Source: Parasitella parasitica NRRL 2501
Taxonomy: Eukaryota > Fungi > Mucoromycota
Assembly: GCA_025201805.1 (NCBI GenBank)
Contig: MU619239.1
Location: forward strand, 5,736 to 69,735
Length of the DNA stretch: 64,000 bases
Direction of reading: 5' to 3'
A program made the position numbers and the translations under genes. The notes beneath the pieces were generated by a model. The model ran no database searches. It was not told the origin of the DNA and saw nothing but the letters and a program-made list of their open reading frames with translations. Shown one piece after another: positions 13,451 through 27,594 of the stretch (positions within the stretch are counted from its first letter, which is position 1; every line of letters starts with the position of its first letter).

Positions 13451-13490
<40 letters not shown>

Positions 13491-14118
13491 ATGGATTTAC
13501 AAACATATCAGACAAATCAAATTCTCCAACATGTTGACTATGGATTAATTGAATTATGATGGGCACATATCATTGTGCTTCTTGATATAAGATTTTTGAG
13601 ACAACAGTGGGCTTGTTTAAAGCAGGTCAGTTAAATCAGGACGTTGTTATTTGCATCGCCAGCCATAAAACGGGAAGGGATAAAAAAATAGCTTTCCAAG
13701 GCAATCAAAGTAGCTGTCCCAGGCACAATCGAATTCACATTTATAACGTCTTGTTCACCCTTTTTGCTTTGAAACGCACAAAAATTTCTTTTATTTTCAC
13801 TATTCACAACTTGCCCAAGTGCCGTTTGAACATTCATTGCAGGCCCTTCAAGACTGTATCGGAATGGCTCAATTTATTTCGCTAATTATTTCATGCATAG
13901 CTAGATTCTACATACTGCAAAAGAGCGTATTTTCTTAAAAAAAAGCCAGTTTATAAGAGGTCTTACTAGATAAAATTTTGCAATATTTTTATAATAGTCG
14001 TTCTCATTTTTGTAAAAAATAAATAAATGGAATTTTACAACAAAATGGATCAAGTCAATATTATGAGCCCAAAAATGAACAAACAAAAGCAAGTTTCATT
14101 AAATATGACCCTCACCAT

Positions 14119-14960
14119 AATGAAACTGACGACAGAAAAAAAAACTTCAAAGATCAGGAACTAACAAATCTGTGTTGACAACAACAGAGAAGGCAAACAA
14201 GAGTTTTCGCCGCATTAGTGTTGAAAGAGGTGTATGGACAAGTTCAAGAACACTAAAGCTACTTTGGGCTTATGTAAGGTTCGACCACATGGTGTAGTCC
14301 ACGGTGAGCAAATACAACAATGAGAGAAGGTTGTTGAGGATGTAAACAGTATAGATAGTGACCAAAACAGGTTAAAGAGACAAGCTGTTCAAAAAAGACC
14401 TGAAAGATTGATGAGCACCTTCGAGCCAATATTTAAGGGAAAGACTCAAAACAGTAAGTTAAGTAATAGCAACTATACTCCTGAGATGGAGGAAGCAGCT
14501 CGTAAAGCTTGAGAGATGGTAAAGGCGATGTTACCAAACAAGACAATACAGTAATTCTCACATTTTCATGTAGAGAAGCGATGGTAAAGCTGCTAATACC
14601 GTGCAAAACAGCAAGAAAGCTCAAGAGTTGAAAGGTAGAGAGGATGACGCCAAGATGTTGCAAAGAATGTCTTTGGAAATAAAACCTCATCATAGTGAGA
14701 AGGAAAAGGAGAAAGACATAGAAAATGACAGTTCTCTGGTAGGCGCTAATAGTAGTGGGACAATGGAGACTCCCGTTTTCACTTCACCTAGTCCAGTCAT
14801 TGGAAAATGACTTTGCTGGGCTCTTATAGCAATCATTTGCTCAACAAAGAAGAAACCAAAAAGAACTCGTAGACGGGTTTGGGAGGTTACAATGGGACAA
14901 TCATCAAGTTCATTGCGATATGGAAGAATTGATGCGTGCTAATGAACAACTGCATCAGGA
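14119..14960 (+). pseudogene. Decayed Myb/SANT-like ORF of a PIF/Harbinger element
   Basis: Frameshifted reading RGVWTSSRTLKLL/LGLCKVRPHGVVHGEQIQQ*EKVV has a Myb/trihelix-like Trp pattern with the second Trp mutated to a stop. It lies convergent with a Harbinger transposase. Confidence 0.55.
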
Positions 14961-15063
14961 TAATGAATGCTTTTTCGACTATTTACCGATTTTCTCTCTT
15001 GAAAGTGATAGTCAGAAAATAAAACTGCATCATACTACCATTTTTTTCTTCAAATTGGATCGT

Positions 15064-16114
15064 TTATTCTGTAATATCATTGTAATTTCTGGGTCTCATT
15101 AGTTGTTCAAGATATACTTCGACAGTTGGTGGTGTTAACTTGAACATTGCAGAAACGGGCGATCCATTCATGCAAGTATGAATATTTTTGAAAATCGTAG
15201 CAAGGACGTATTTTCTTCCAGGTGTTGTTTGCTTTAATTCATTAACATACTTCCATTTGCATTCATTGAAGTACTGAGATACTTTGCCAAATTCCATTTC
15301 AATTGCTACACGTACTTTGGATAAAGACTTGTTTGTTTCTTGTTCAGATTCGTTAGCAGATGACCAGCTGTTCGGAACAACTATGTTACGACCCCCAGTG
15401 TATCTTTCATCACCATAAATAGCATACTTTTTGTCAAGTGAAATGCCGTTGAAGTGGTTCGATAATCTTTCACTTATTTGGCTTTCGTTCAACATTCCTC
15501 GATCGTTGCGTCGTCCAACGTAAGGTGCACACAAGCTAGCAGTAATACCATCAGGTATGGAGATTGCCTGAAATTTGTTGCAATGGATGTGTTTCCAGCC
15601 GTTGTACATGTTTTCCTGCACGGTATTACCGATAGGTCGGCATATCTGCTGCATTGTACCGTCGATAAATCCAGCAATATGCGAATAGTATGATTCTCTT
15701 TCAAAATTTCTTTTGCAAACCGTTCACTGTTTTCTTTTGAGAACTGCCTTTCAAGACCGCGCTTGATTTTTTCAATGATTATTTCAGATGTCCCGTTCAA
15801 TACTCTAGATGCGTTGCACTCAGAGACACCAAAGTATTTGCTGGTGTGTACAAGTCTTCGAGAGAAGCTGTGGGTATACAAAAACATGGTGATTTTCTGC
15901 TTTAAAACACCATTAAATCTGACGATGGTAACACTTAGCAGATGCGCTTGATTTCTCCAAGAATGAAGGGAAACATTGCCTTGCACTTTTCATCTGTCAA
16001 TCCCTCCAAAATCAAACGCTCGTGCTTCTTTACTCTTTGTCTTTTGGTAGATTCACGCATACTTCTAGTATGTAATAAAAGAATCAAATCATATTTAATA
16101 ATATTGCGGTCCAT
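15064..16114 (-). mobile_element. PIF/Harbinger (DDE_Tnp_4, HARBI1-like) transposase, frameshifted
   Basis: Three overlapping frames give an HTH-like region, then GFIDGT...YNGWKHIH, GRRND, IYGDERY and RVAIEMEFG (D-D-E triad). At least two frameshifts are present, and no convincing TIRs were found. Confidence 0.85.
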
Positions 16115-17343
16115 ATTGTAGTAATAAAGGGGAAAAGATGTAATAATTATGACATACAAATTTCCAAATCACGTAATCTCTAAAAGAAATTGTTGCCGTA
16201 CATGTTTTAGAAATCTAAAGGTCTCTAAATAAGTCCAAGCAAATTGGTACGAAGTTTTAATGCACAACTAGTGGTATTGTAAATATTGAATTGAATAGCT
16301 CGAGTAAGCTGTAATTAAAGTAAATATCGATTATCCACCAAAAGTTACACATCTTGTATGAAAATTGGAGTTTACATTTGATCGATTTCGCTTACTTGAC
16401 ACCTTATACTAGCATATCCCGTTTTCCAAATCAAAGCTCGATTAATAGCATATCCATCAATTTTTCCTTGCATACCCTCAAGCAAAAGCTCGTTGATATT
16501 TCATTACCCTTTTTTTTCTTTCTAGAATTATTATGGGCTCATGAATCAATCAGAAAGGTAGCAATGCAGACTATCAAGGGTGGCCATTTTTAGTCTTGCA
16601 GTCTCAATTCCATGTGTATCTGGTGATTGAAAAAACTTCCATGCATGTTTGTAGGGCCATAGACTTGTTCGTTTAGGCTAATTAACAAGGCTTATATTAA
16701 ACACGTCCATTATTGATGAGCAGGGTCTTTGTTTTGAAATGAAAAGTGGACTGAAAAGCCAGAAAATGCAGCTAATTTTGACATGGAGGTAATATGCATA
16801 GGGATTACAAGCCTATCCGCTCAGGCACCACAGCGTAATGTAATTTTATTGTACATGGTAAAACCTTTCCACTGGAAGATGGAATGGTAGATTCTCCAAC
16901 AGGGAGTGTTATCAAGGATGGCAACTCTCTTCTCCCTGACCTGTTTCTTTCTATTGTAACATATATAAAGCGAGGTTGTCAAAAAGCTTCTTGTCTCAAA
17001 ATGGAAAGTATCTAAAAAGCTAAATGTACGTCCCCCCCCCCTGAATGTCGCTCCTTAATCAATCTGTAAGTGCTTTAATTAACAGAACATAATATGACTA
17101 TAAGTGATGCCAAAATTGACTTTCGAGTTCACAGTCATATTCAAGTAGTAGCAGATTAAGGAGAGAAACAGACAAGACAGACTGGGATTTTGTCATTTTG
17201 AAGATCTGCTTTGTCCTGCTACGTTTTATCTGCTAATTGATTTACACTGCTTTACCCCTTTACGTTTTATAAAAATAGCCATTTCTCTCACTTTTTTTAT
17301 CTTCTTCTTTTTCTCTCTCTAAAACCTTTTCTTTACAACTGCA

Positions 17344-20300
17344 ATGAGAGGCTCAGACGATCAAGATTCATATACATCCTCATTAGGATTAACGGTAGCT
17401 GCAGCCCCAGAAGCCAGCGGCCCATTAAAGCCTAATTCATCCGCTGAAACGCACATTTTACCACATCTTGATCCAGCAAATCCGTTTGCTTTCTCGCTCG
17501 AGCAAGTGACCAGCATAGTGGATCAAAAAGACTATCAGTTTATACAGCATGTAGGCGGCATCAAGGGCATTGCAAAAGGGCTGCACTCCAACATCGAGTC
17601 TGGACTTGATTGGAACGAAGATAACCTAGCTTATGTCCGTATGTTTGACCTGCACAACGAAAAGAGCGAGCAAGACGAAACATTCTACCCTGCTCAGCTG
17701 CCATTGTCTACGCAGGACTCGGAAACATTTACGCAGAGGAGACATATATTTGGATCAAACGTACTGCCCAAGGTGGAAGAAGTGACGCTATTGCAACTGA
17801 TGTGGGAAGCGTTTCAAGACAAAACGCTGGTAAGCCGCCTGCAAGAAAAACTGAATATCAACGGCATGTTCGCTCATCCCTTTATTTTTTCCATTTACAG
17901 ATATTGCTGACCATTTCAGCCATGGTGTCATTGACAGTGGGTATTTACGAAGACATTCACACAGTAGAGTACGATTCATTTGGAAACAAGATACCGGGCT
18001 TAAAATGGGTCGAGGGAGTAGCCGTTATCGTTGCCGTTGTGCTGGTGGTGGTGGTTGGCAGTGTCAATGACTTCCAGAAGGAAAAGCAGTTTCGCAGCTT
18101 GAATGCCAAAAAGGATGATCGACAAGTGTCCGTAAGTAGCTACCGCCGCGATGGGATATGACTTCAAACAGAACGACTGATAATCAAAATAGGCAATCCG
18201 ATCCGGGAAACATGTGCTTTTGTCAGTATATGACGTTCAAGTAGGCGATATTCTTAAACTTGAGCCAGGAGATATTGTGTGTGCAGACGGCATATTCATT
18301 GAGGGACACAATCTCAAATGTGACGAGTCGGCAGCAACAGGAGAGTCCGATGCAGTAAGAAAGTTGCCTTGGGAGGAGTGCTTCCAGTATCAGCAACAGC
18401 AGGAACAGGAACATCGCAACTCGGTCAGCTCGCTCGTTAGTATCTCAAAAGAGGATTTTACCCCTCTCAAAGAGAGGGTCAGCCTCGCGTGTGATGAATT
18501 TGGAGAGAAACCGGCTGAGCCATTCTTGATTTCAGGGTCCAAAGTCATCGAGGGAATTTGTAGCTACATTGTCACAGCCATCGGCCCCAATTCTTTTTAC
18601 GGACGCACACTGATGGCTCTGCGAACCAAAGATGAAAATACCCCGCTGCAAGATAGATTGGACGTCCTCGCTACAGGTATTGCCAAGTGCGGTTTGGGTG
18701 CTGCTGCGTTTCTCATATCCATGTTGCTCATAAGAAGTATCGTGGGATACACAACCGGAATCCTGTCTACGGTCCCTTCCGACATTGTCTCGCACATTAT
18801 GCAAATCCTAATTACTACAGTTACTGTCGTTGTCGTTGCTGTGCCCGAAGGCTTGCCCCTTGCTGTTACATTAGGTAACAAAATAAAATAAAATATTATA
18901 TAGCACACGTTACTAACTATATCACCAGCCTTGGCATATGCTACGCAGAGGATGCTGAAAGACAACAATCTGGTGCGGGTTTTGGCTGCATGCGAAACAA
19001 TGGGTAATGCAACCACCATCTGCTCCGATAAAACAGGGACTTTGACGCAGAACAGAATGGAAGTGGTGGCTGGCACATTTGGCTCCTCATTCAGATTTCT
19101 CAAGGACCCACCCTCATCTAGAACAGATCTAGTTGATATAGACCATGTCAAAATCAAGATTCCTCGTGCTGTGCGAAACTTTGTAAATCAGGCAATGGCA
19201 GTAAATTCGACCGCATTTCAAAACACAAATTCTGTAGGCGACAAATCGATCGTCGGCAACAAGACAGAGACGGCATTACTGAATTTCGCCCAAGACCATT
19301 TGGGGTCAGAGCCATTTGAGCTTGTACGTACCTTTTGGGAGATCGAGGCAGTTTTCCCTTTCAGCTCTTCGAGAAAGGCCATGGCAACAGTGATCCGCAT
19401 CCCAACCGAAGGTGCCCCAATCTATCGTGTACATATAAAAGGCGCTTCGGAGCTAATGCTAAACAAATGCTCTCGGATTGTCTCGATGCATGATCCATGC
19501 TATCTGGGCCTGCAAGCTGATAACAATTACGACATATCAACCCGTACAATGACTGTCGAAAACAGAACCAGAATGTCCAAGATCATACAGAGCTACGCTA
19601 CTCGTTGCTTGAGAACCTTGGCAATTTGTTACCAAGATTTCGAGAGCTGGCCAACAAGCACAAAGATCGAGCAAGTGATTGAAAATGGAGAGCTGACGCT
19701 GCTCGGCATTGTTGGCATCGAAGACCCGTTGCGCTATGGTGTTACTGAGGCAGTGTCTGCATGTCAAAGAGCTGGCGTTTTTGTTAGAATGGTCACTGGT
19801 GACAATATGTTGACTGCAAAGTCCATTGCGCGTCAATGTGGCATTTACTCGTATGGCTCAGTTGCCATGGATGGTCCCACCTTTAGAAAGCTCAGTGCTA
19901 TGGAACGGTCAGAACTGCTCCCAAGGCTCTCTGTGCTGGCTAGATCAAGTCCAGAAGACAAACGGTTACTGGTGAATGCATTGCGTGACGCTGGAGAGAT
20001 TGTAGCCGTTACTGGCGATGGCACAAACGATGGGCCAGCATTGAAAGCAGCAGATGTGGGCTTCAGCATGGGGATTGCCGGCACAGAAGTGGCAAAGGAA
20101 GCGTCCAGTATTATTCTGATGGATGACAACTTTTCTAGCATTGTTCGAGCCATCTCTTGGGGTCGATGTGTCAACGATTCAGTGAAAAAATTCCTGCAGT
20201 TTCAATTGACAATCAATATCACAGCTGTCATGCTAACTATATTCTCTGCCATTGTGAGCAGCAAGCAGAAATCAGTGCTGTCTGCAGTCCAGCTACTGTG

Positions 20301-21045
20301 GGTCAACTTGATTATGGATACATTCGCAGCGTTGGCTTTAGCTACGGACCCACCATCCCCTGATCTCTTGGACAGGCAGCCGGAGGCAAGAACAGCGCCG
20401 TTGATCAACACTTGCATGTGGAAAATGATCACAGGGCAGTCGACCTATCAACTCGCTGTCATTCTCGTCATGCTATACACTGACATTCTGAATCTGAGCC
20501 ATGACATGGTGACATTGCAGACTGTCATATTCACCACATTTGTCTTTTGTCAGATTTTCAACGAAGTCAAGTAAGTCTATCATTATCGACTGGAATGCAA
20601 ATCCAAATTGCTCATTTTATTGCGTGTCAAAAATAGTTGCAGAAGAATAGACAATCAACTGAACATCTTCAAGGGAGTCCTTCAGAACAAATTTTTCATG
20701 CTTATCTTCACAATCAGCATAGTAGGCCAGATAATCATTGTTCAATACGGAGGAACAGCGTTTCAAACTGTACCACTATCCAAGAGCCATTGGGTGATGT
20801 GCGTCCTCATTGGATTAGCGTCCATTCCCATAGGCGTACTGATCCGCTTAGTACCCGACTCACTGTTTGCGGTTTCACATTATAGAAAAACCCGACTCAG
20901 GTCTTTCGCAGACGAAAGCCATTGCGATGCAAAGAATTCATATGAGCTGACTGCCTCTAAAAAGCAATCAAGCCAAAGAGCTCACAATATCAAAGAGGAC
21001 CATTACCCATATCAAGGGGGCGCTAATTGGTCGAGAATAGTGTAA
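17344..21045 (+). CDS. PMC1: P-type IIB (PMCA-type) vacuolar Ca2+ ATPase, multi-exon
   Basis: Contains TGES, VAVPEGLPLAVT, CSDKTGTLT (phospho-Asp), MVTGDN, GDGTNDGPAL and QLLWVNLIMDTFAALALAT. Introns at ~17830, ~18132, ~18875 and ~20571. Confidence 0.92.
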
Positions 21046-21194
21046 TTAAAGTCTTTTGTATAAACCATTTTCCATTTATTGTGACGTATTGGGCAAGATG
21101 ATTGGGGCTCTGTTTGTTTATAAAACCTTGAAAAATCTTCCTTTACGCCATCTTCCTTTTTTTCTCCTTATATTATCTAAAGTCATAAATACAA

Positions 21195-23852
21195 ATGTCG
21201 TTAGAGCTTACACAACTTGTTCAGCGTCCTGGTGCTGGCAAATCTGGTCAACGGGTTCGCGTCAGAGCCAATTTCTTTGAGGTCACCTCTTTCCCAAGTC
21301 AAAACATCCATCACTACGATGTTACTATTGACCCTCCTGAGAAGCCCCCAGCTCTCTACCGTAAGGTCTGGAAGGCCTTTGAGGACATGGACGGGCAAGG
21401 CCTTCTCAAAGGCATCAAAACTATCTTTGATGGTCGCAAGAACGTCTTCTCCCCCAAGCCGCTTAACCTGGGTGAAGAGCAAGCTAAGGCTTTTGAGGTA
21501 AATATTGATTAATAATTCTCCTTGGACCAATTAATTTATCTGTTTTTATTCAAATTTAGATCAATCTTCAAGAGGGTGTCCCTAATGCCAAGCGTCCTGA
21601 CATCTTCAAGATTCGTATCAAGAAAGCAGGTGAAATCAATATGGAAGAACTCAACCTCTTCTTGCAGGGCAAGTCTGCCTGTACCACCAACTGTCTCACT
21701 GGTATGTTGAATTGATTATATAGGAAAATTTTCAAGACAAGTAGAAACTAACCTAGCCAAATGACGCATTTTAGCCATCATGGTTCTTGATGTATTGGTC
21801 CGTCAGGTTCCTTCTTCCCTCTACACCACTGTAGGCCGCTCCTTCTTTCCTGGAACTGAAAAGAGTCCTCTTCCCAACGGTGCTGAAGTCTGGCAAGGTT
21901 ACTACCAATCTGTTCGTCCTACCATAGGTAAAATGATGGTCAACATTGACGTCAGCGCAACAGCTTTTCACGAAGCTGGCTCTTTGCCTGAAATCGTCAC
22001 CAAGATCTTGGGTCGCCGTTCTCTTGATGAACTTCGTCGCGGTATTCCTGACCGCGAGCTTTCTAAGCTTGAGAAAATTCTCAAGGTCTTGAAAATTCAA
22101 GTTGTCCATCGTGGTGAGAGAAAGATCAAGTACAAGATCACCAAGCTCACTCCTTCTCCCGCTGATCGCACCGTCTTCAAAGATGAAGCTGGCAACGAGC
22201 AAACCGTCGCCGACTACTTTGCCAAGCAGTACAACAAGCGTCTCAACTATCCTTTCTTGCCCTGTGTTGTCGTCAAGAAGGACATCTTCTTGCCCATGGA
22301 AGTCTGTGAGGTCATTCCCGCTCAACGTGTTACCAGGAAACTTAACGAGAAGCAAACTGCTGAAATGATCAAGTTCACTTGCCAAAAGCCCAATGTTCGT
22401 GCCAACAAGATCAAAGGCGCCATTTCTCATTTTCAATACAACAACCCTTACATGCAGCAATTTGGTATGGCTGTTAAGCCTGAAATGTCTGTTATCAACG
22501 CTCGTGTCCTCCCTACGCCCAAAATCTCCTATAACGAGAAATCTCAAGACGCTACATTCACTCCTGAAGGTGGAGCCTGGAATTTAAGAGGCAAGAAAGT
22601 CGCCCAAGGTGCCACCCTTGGCTCTTGGTCCGTTGTCAACTTTGCTGGTAACGTTCCCCTTCCTGCCATTAATCGTTTCATTCGTGAATTGTCCCAGACC
22701 TTTATCGATACCGGTTTGAACGTTGTCAACCGTACTCCTCCTGTTATCAATGCTGATCCCACTGGAAACATTGACAATACTCTCAAGGGAGCTTGGTTGA
22801 AGGCTGGTAACGCTGCCAAGGCTAATCCTCAATTGATCGTCTGTATCTTGCCTAACACTGGTGTTCCCTTGTATGCTGAAATCAAGCGTATTTCTGATAC
22901 TATCATCGGTGTCCCCACTCAATGTCTTCAATCCAAGCATATTAATGATGCCAAGAAGCAATATTGTGCCAACGTCTGTCTCAAGGTCAACATGAAGCTG
23001 GGCGGTATGAACTTGTACCTTCCTCCTCCCCACATTCCCTTCATTGCTCAAAGCCCCACTATCGTCTTGGGTGCCGATGTCACGCATCCTGCTCCTGGTG
23101 ACATGAACAGACCCTCTATTGCTGCACTTGCTGCTTCTATGGATGCTCGTGCCTCAAGATACTCTTCCGCCATTCGTGTCCAGGCCAACCGCACTGAAAT
23201 CATTGCCGATCTTGCAAACATGATCAAAGAAGTCCTCAAGAACTTTTATCAATCTTGTGGTCAAAAGCCACAGCGTATTCTCTTCTATCGTGATGGTGTT
23301 TCTGAAGGCCAATTCAAGCAGGTCATGGACTCTGAAGTCGCAGCCATTCGCGCAGCCTGTGCCTCCCTTGACAAGGACTACAAGCCTACTCTCACATTTG
23401 TTGTCGTTCAAAAGAGACATCATGCTCGTTTCTTCCCTATTGAGGCACGCGATGCTGACAGATCTGGTAACTGCAAGCCTGGTACCGTCATTGATTCAGA
23501 AATTGTCCATCCTTTCGAATTCGATTTCTATCTTCAATCGCATGCTGGTTTGCTCGGTACCTCCAGACCTACTCATTACCACGTTCTTCATGATGAGAAC
23601 AAGTTCACTTCTGATGCTCTTCAGGAGTTGACTTACAACCTCTGTTATATCTATGGTCGTGCCACTCGTGCAGTCTCCTTGGTCCCCGCTGCCTACTATG
23701 CTGATTTGATTGCTGCTCGTGCCAGATTCCATCGTCGTGGTGAGAACTGGTCTGACGCCGATGCCACCTCGGAGTCCATGGATTCCGATGCCCAAATGGC
23801 TTCCTTCGCTGTTGTCAAGCCCGAGTTGCAAAAGGTCATGTACTTTATGTAA
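21195..23852 (+). CDS. ago: Argonaute (N, PAZ, MID and PIWI domains), two introns
   Basis: Contains RPG.G..G..V.V.ANFF, PAZ (TVADYFAKQY...LNYPFLP...FLPMEVC), GADVTHP, YRDGVSEGQF, VQKRHHARFF, GTSRPTHYHVL and PAAYYAD. Introns at ~21498-21559 and ~21702-21774. Confidence 0.96.
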
Positions 23853-24465
23853 ATCCCATCCCTCCATCTTTCATTCCCTTATTACAGCATCATCTCTTTT
23901 CGTCTTGACTCAAATAAAAAATTCTTTGATTGTTAATTTCTGAATGCTTTTTCAAAATTGACCGCATTGTTGCTATTGTTTTTGCTGGTTGACCAATTTG
24001 CATTTGGAAGAATGCATGCGTATGTATTCTGCCCAGATGTGTGCAAGTCGTCAATGAATGTGTGAAGACATGCGCATATTTTAAATAGTATCTTAAAACG
24101 ACGAATTTTAAAAACAGGTGGCCCGGTTATTCAGATGGAATATCTCATCAACGTAAAGCTACAATGATGTGATTTGTTCGCACCAAAATATTTCAAGATT
24201 GCAGCACATCAATTCAAAGCTAATCTACATGCTTGTTTTTTTTTATCGAGTAGCAATATCACTGTCTGCTGCCATGTAGTTATCTTGCTTCAGGTAAGGA
24301 CTTGAGAGTGCAAGACAATGATATAATGGTGATACCGGCCTACCGTTCATTTCAGGCCCCATGCTGCACTCTTAGGACTCAGCATGACCCCCAGTTGAAA
24401 TCTTGTTTACATTCGTTTTTTCTGGTTTTTGCATAAATCATTTTTAAGTGGTAATAATCGAAATC

Positions 24466-26068
24466 ATGAACAGCATTTTAAAGATGCGAGGATTAGCATC
24501 CTCAAGACGAATTGCACAACTGGCTAGTCAACATGCCATCAAAGTATGTTTTATTATGTATTCTTGATAGACTAATGGCGGACGGACGATACACTGACGC
24601 GTCACTTTGCACACATTTAGACGTCGCCATTCATGCAAAGAAGCGTTGCATTATATGGAGGCTATGGCTACAATAACGAGTATGATAATAACTATATGGG
24701 TGGGGGGTCTCAAGCTGGCTCAAATAGCTCCTGGGGCTCTGGCTCAGACCGTCAAGCATTACCTAGAAATACCGTAAGTGTGTGTGTGTCCGTTAGAAGG
24801 AATCACTGTGTTTGGCTCACAATGTACAGATTATCAAATTCGTTCCTCAACAAGAAGCATGGATTGTTGAACGCATGGGAAAGTTTGATAGAATGCTGGA
24901 ACCTGGCTTGAATATCCTGATCCCCTTTATTGATCGCATCAAATATGTAAAGAGCTTGAAGGAAACTGCTATTGAAGTTCCCAGCCAGAGTGCTATCACT
25001 CAAGGTTTGTGTGTTTGATCAGAGCTTGCAAAAAATGTATAATGTCCTGATGACAGTGTAGACAACGTAACTCTGGAGTTGGATGGTGTGCTGTATTTCA
25101 GATGTGTGGATCCTTTCAAGGTAGGTTTTTTTTTTTTTTTTTTTTCTTTTTTTTACTCGAGAGGTTTAGCAATGTTAGAAATTCCATTAACCTGGCATAC
25201 ACATATAGGCATCTTATGGCGTTGAAGATGCAGAATTTGCTATTACTCAACTTGCACAGACAACCATGCGCGCAGAGATCGGTCAAATGACATTGGATCG
25301 TACTTTAGCAGAGCGTGCTCACTTGAACTCCAACATTGTGGATGCTATTAATTCCGCAGCAGAAGATTGGGGCATTCGATGCTTGCGTTATGAAATTCGT
25401 AAGACAAGGAGGCTTGCAGGCGCAGCAGATTTACATGACTGATTTGTTTTCATTCAATTTGATAAATAGGCGATATCCACCCTCCCTCAAAGGTCGTTGA
25501 ATCGATGCATCAACAAGTTTCAGCAGAACGTACAAAGAGAGCACAGATCCTCGAGTCTGAAGGTGCTAGACAGGCTGCTATCAACGTTGCCGAGGGTCGC
25601 AAACAGTCGACCATTTTAGCATCCGAAGCAGAAAAGGCAGAGAGAATCAACATGGCTGCTGGTGAAGCTGAAGCCATTCTTTTGCGCGCAAAGGCATCTG
25701 CTGAAGGGATTGAACGAGTAGCCCGTGCGATCGCTACTAACCATGGCAACGATGCTGTTTCCATGACGGTGGCCGAAAAATACGTCGATGCATTTGGTAG
25801 AATGGCCAAGGAAGGAACAACAATGATTGTGCCTGCATCAACTAACGATGCTGCCTCCATGGTGACACAGGTAAACTATAAAGTAACTCTTTTGATGGTC
25901 AATTAATGAAATTTTGCTTTCTAGGCGTTGGCAATCTACAACACAATCAACAATAAGAAGAGCGCTGTTCGTCCTCCAGTCCCCACCTCTCCCTCAGATG
26001 TACCATTAGGCGTTGAGTCAAGTATGTCTAGTACATTGGAAACAGATGCTTTGAAAGACGACAAATAA
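24466..26068 (+). CDS. Stomatin-like protein 2 (SPFH/band 7), probably mitochondrial, multi-exon
   Basis: Contains FVPQQEAWIVERMGKF, IEVPSQSAITQDNV, AQTTMRAEIG and MHQQVSAERTKRAQILESEG. The basic N-terminal leader resembles a presequence. Confidence 0.9.
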
Positions 26069-27594
26069 ATAAATACATATATGAATCGAGGCTGTGTATA
26101 ATATTGTATGTAATGCGGTTCTTTGAAATGTCCAATTGACAACAGAGTATATTAGCTTTCATTATCTCCCTATACACATATTTTACCTTGTAGCCTATTT
26201 GTTACATATGAATTATTTCGCCTCAAACCACATATACCGGTAGCTAGTTGGGATACATATTTAATATGATATGGCAACACAGGCAACACAGGTGTTCATG
26301 TATTTGAGAAATCTAGAGTGAATTCCTTTCATAATTTTACAAACATAAATAGCATGTAAATAACAAGAATACACCAAGTCAAGTTTTATATATCAACTCC
26401 TTTTTTGTTCATTCTGCATGAGTTTTTATAGTTGATATTTGGGTTCGATCTTATAAGAATAGATTCTCCTTAATTTTGCAGCATCTTGTGTGCTACCATA
26501 TAAAAAAAGCGTATAGATGATACACTTTTATTTTGATAATTGTATTTAAAGTGAATACACTTTATTGATGTGATCAGTGTACGAATTGCATATAGGCCTA
26601 TTAGCAATGCAGAAGTAATCGTATTTTATATGCATGTCTTGAGTTTTATTACTACTGATAAATGTCGTTTGCTCCTAACTAATCAAATCCATTTTTTTTT
26701 TTTTTTTATTATTAGTGCGTATGATCTCTCTTGGATACTCAATATAACAAAACTATGATAGCCTGTCCACTTTAGTTACAAGCCAACTTGTATTAGAGAA
26801 AAAGCTAAATCTCTTTGTATAAGGATAGAAACACAAATAGACATGTTTTGTCCCTTACAACCTTTATCCCCCCTTTTTATGGCCCTAAACTATACCTTTT
26901 TTTATTCTTTTCGAAAATGGTACATCTTTTTTGAATGAATATAACGGTATAATGGAATGAGAACGTAACAGGATCATAGAGATCGGGGCAGAAGTTACAG
27001 TTATCATTGGTACGATAATCCCTATTATGAATGTAAATTATGAAATATACATTAAACACATGAATTATATTGGTGACACCTTGTCAGACACATTTCATAA
27101 TGATAAAAAGGGAAGTACACATCAGCTCTATAATTTTTTATTATAATGGTTCACAAGGGATGTCATGATTAAGTCTCAGTTTTCTATTATATAAAATGTA
27201 ATCGACAGTTCATGTAGGTCGAAAAAAGAAGGCATGATCTTTTTTGGAATTCTTTGCTGTATTTAAGCTTGCTTCTTTTGTTTTTTGTTTTTTTTTTTAC
27301 TTTTCATCTCTCTTTTACATCTTTTCTTGTTCTTTTCAGCTTTCGTTCGTTTGAATGCCTGAAAGGTTATAATAATATATTCAATCTACCACACTCCTTA
27401 TCAAAGTAACTTTACAACAATCATCATAATCCCCTTCCTTAACAACATCTTTATATATAAAAATACGCACACGCACATACATACACTCCCTCCCTTTTTC
27501 TTTCTTCTATAAATCATTATCCATTTGACATTGAACACTTTTACCCCTGAATTTCTTGAATTTTATCTATATATATAATACAACACTAATAGTA

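Noticed and set aside
11293-13487. Long poly-T (11293-11352) and poly-A (13451-13487) tracts as retroposon tails
   Set aside because: No target-site duplication or element body was found; they are consistent with ordinary promoter or intergenic homopolymers.
13890-16260. Terminal inverted repeats for the Harbinger element
   Set aside because: Only vague similarity between ~13901 and ~16200, which is not enough to call.
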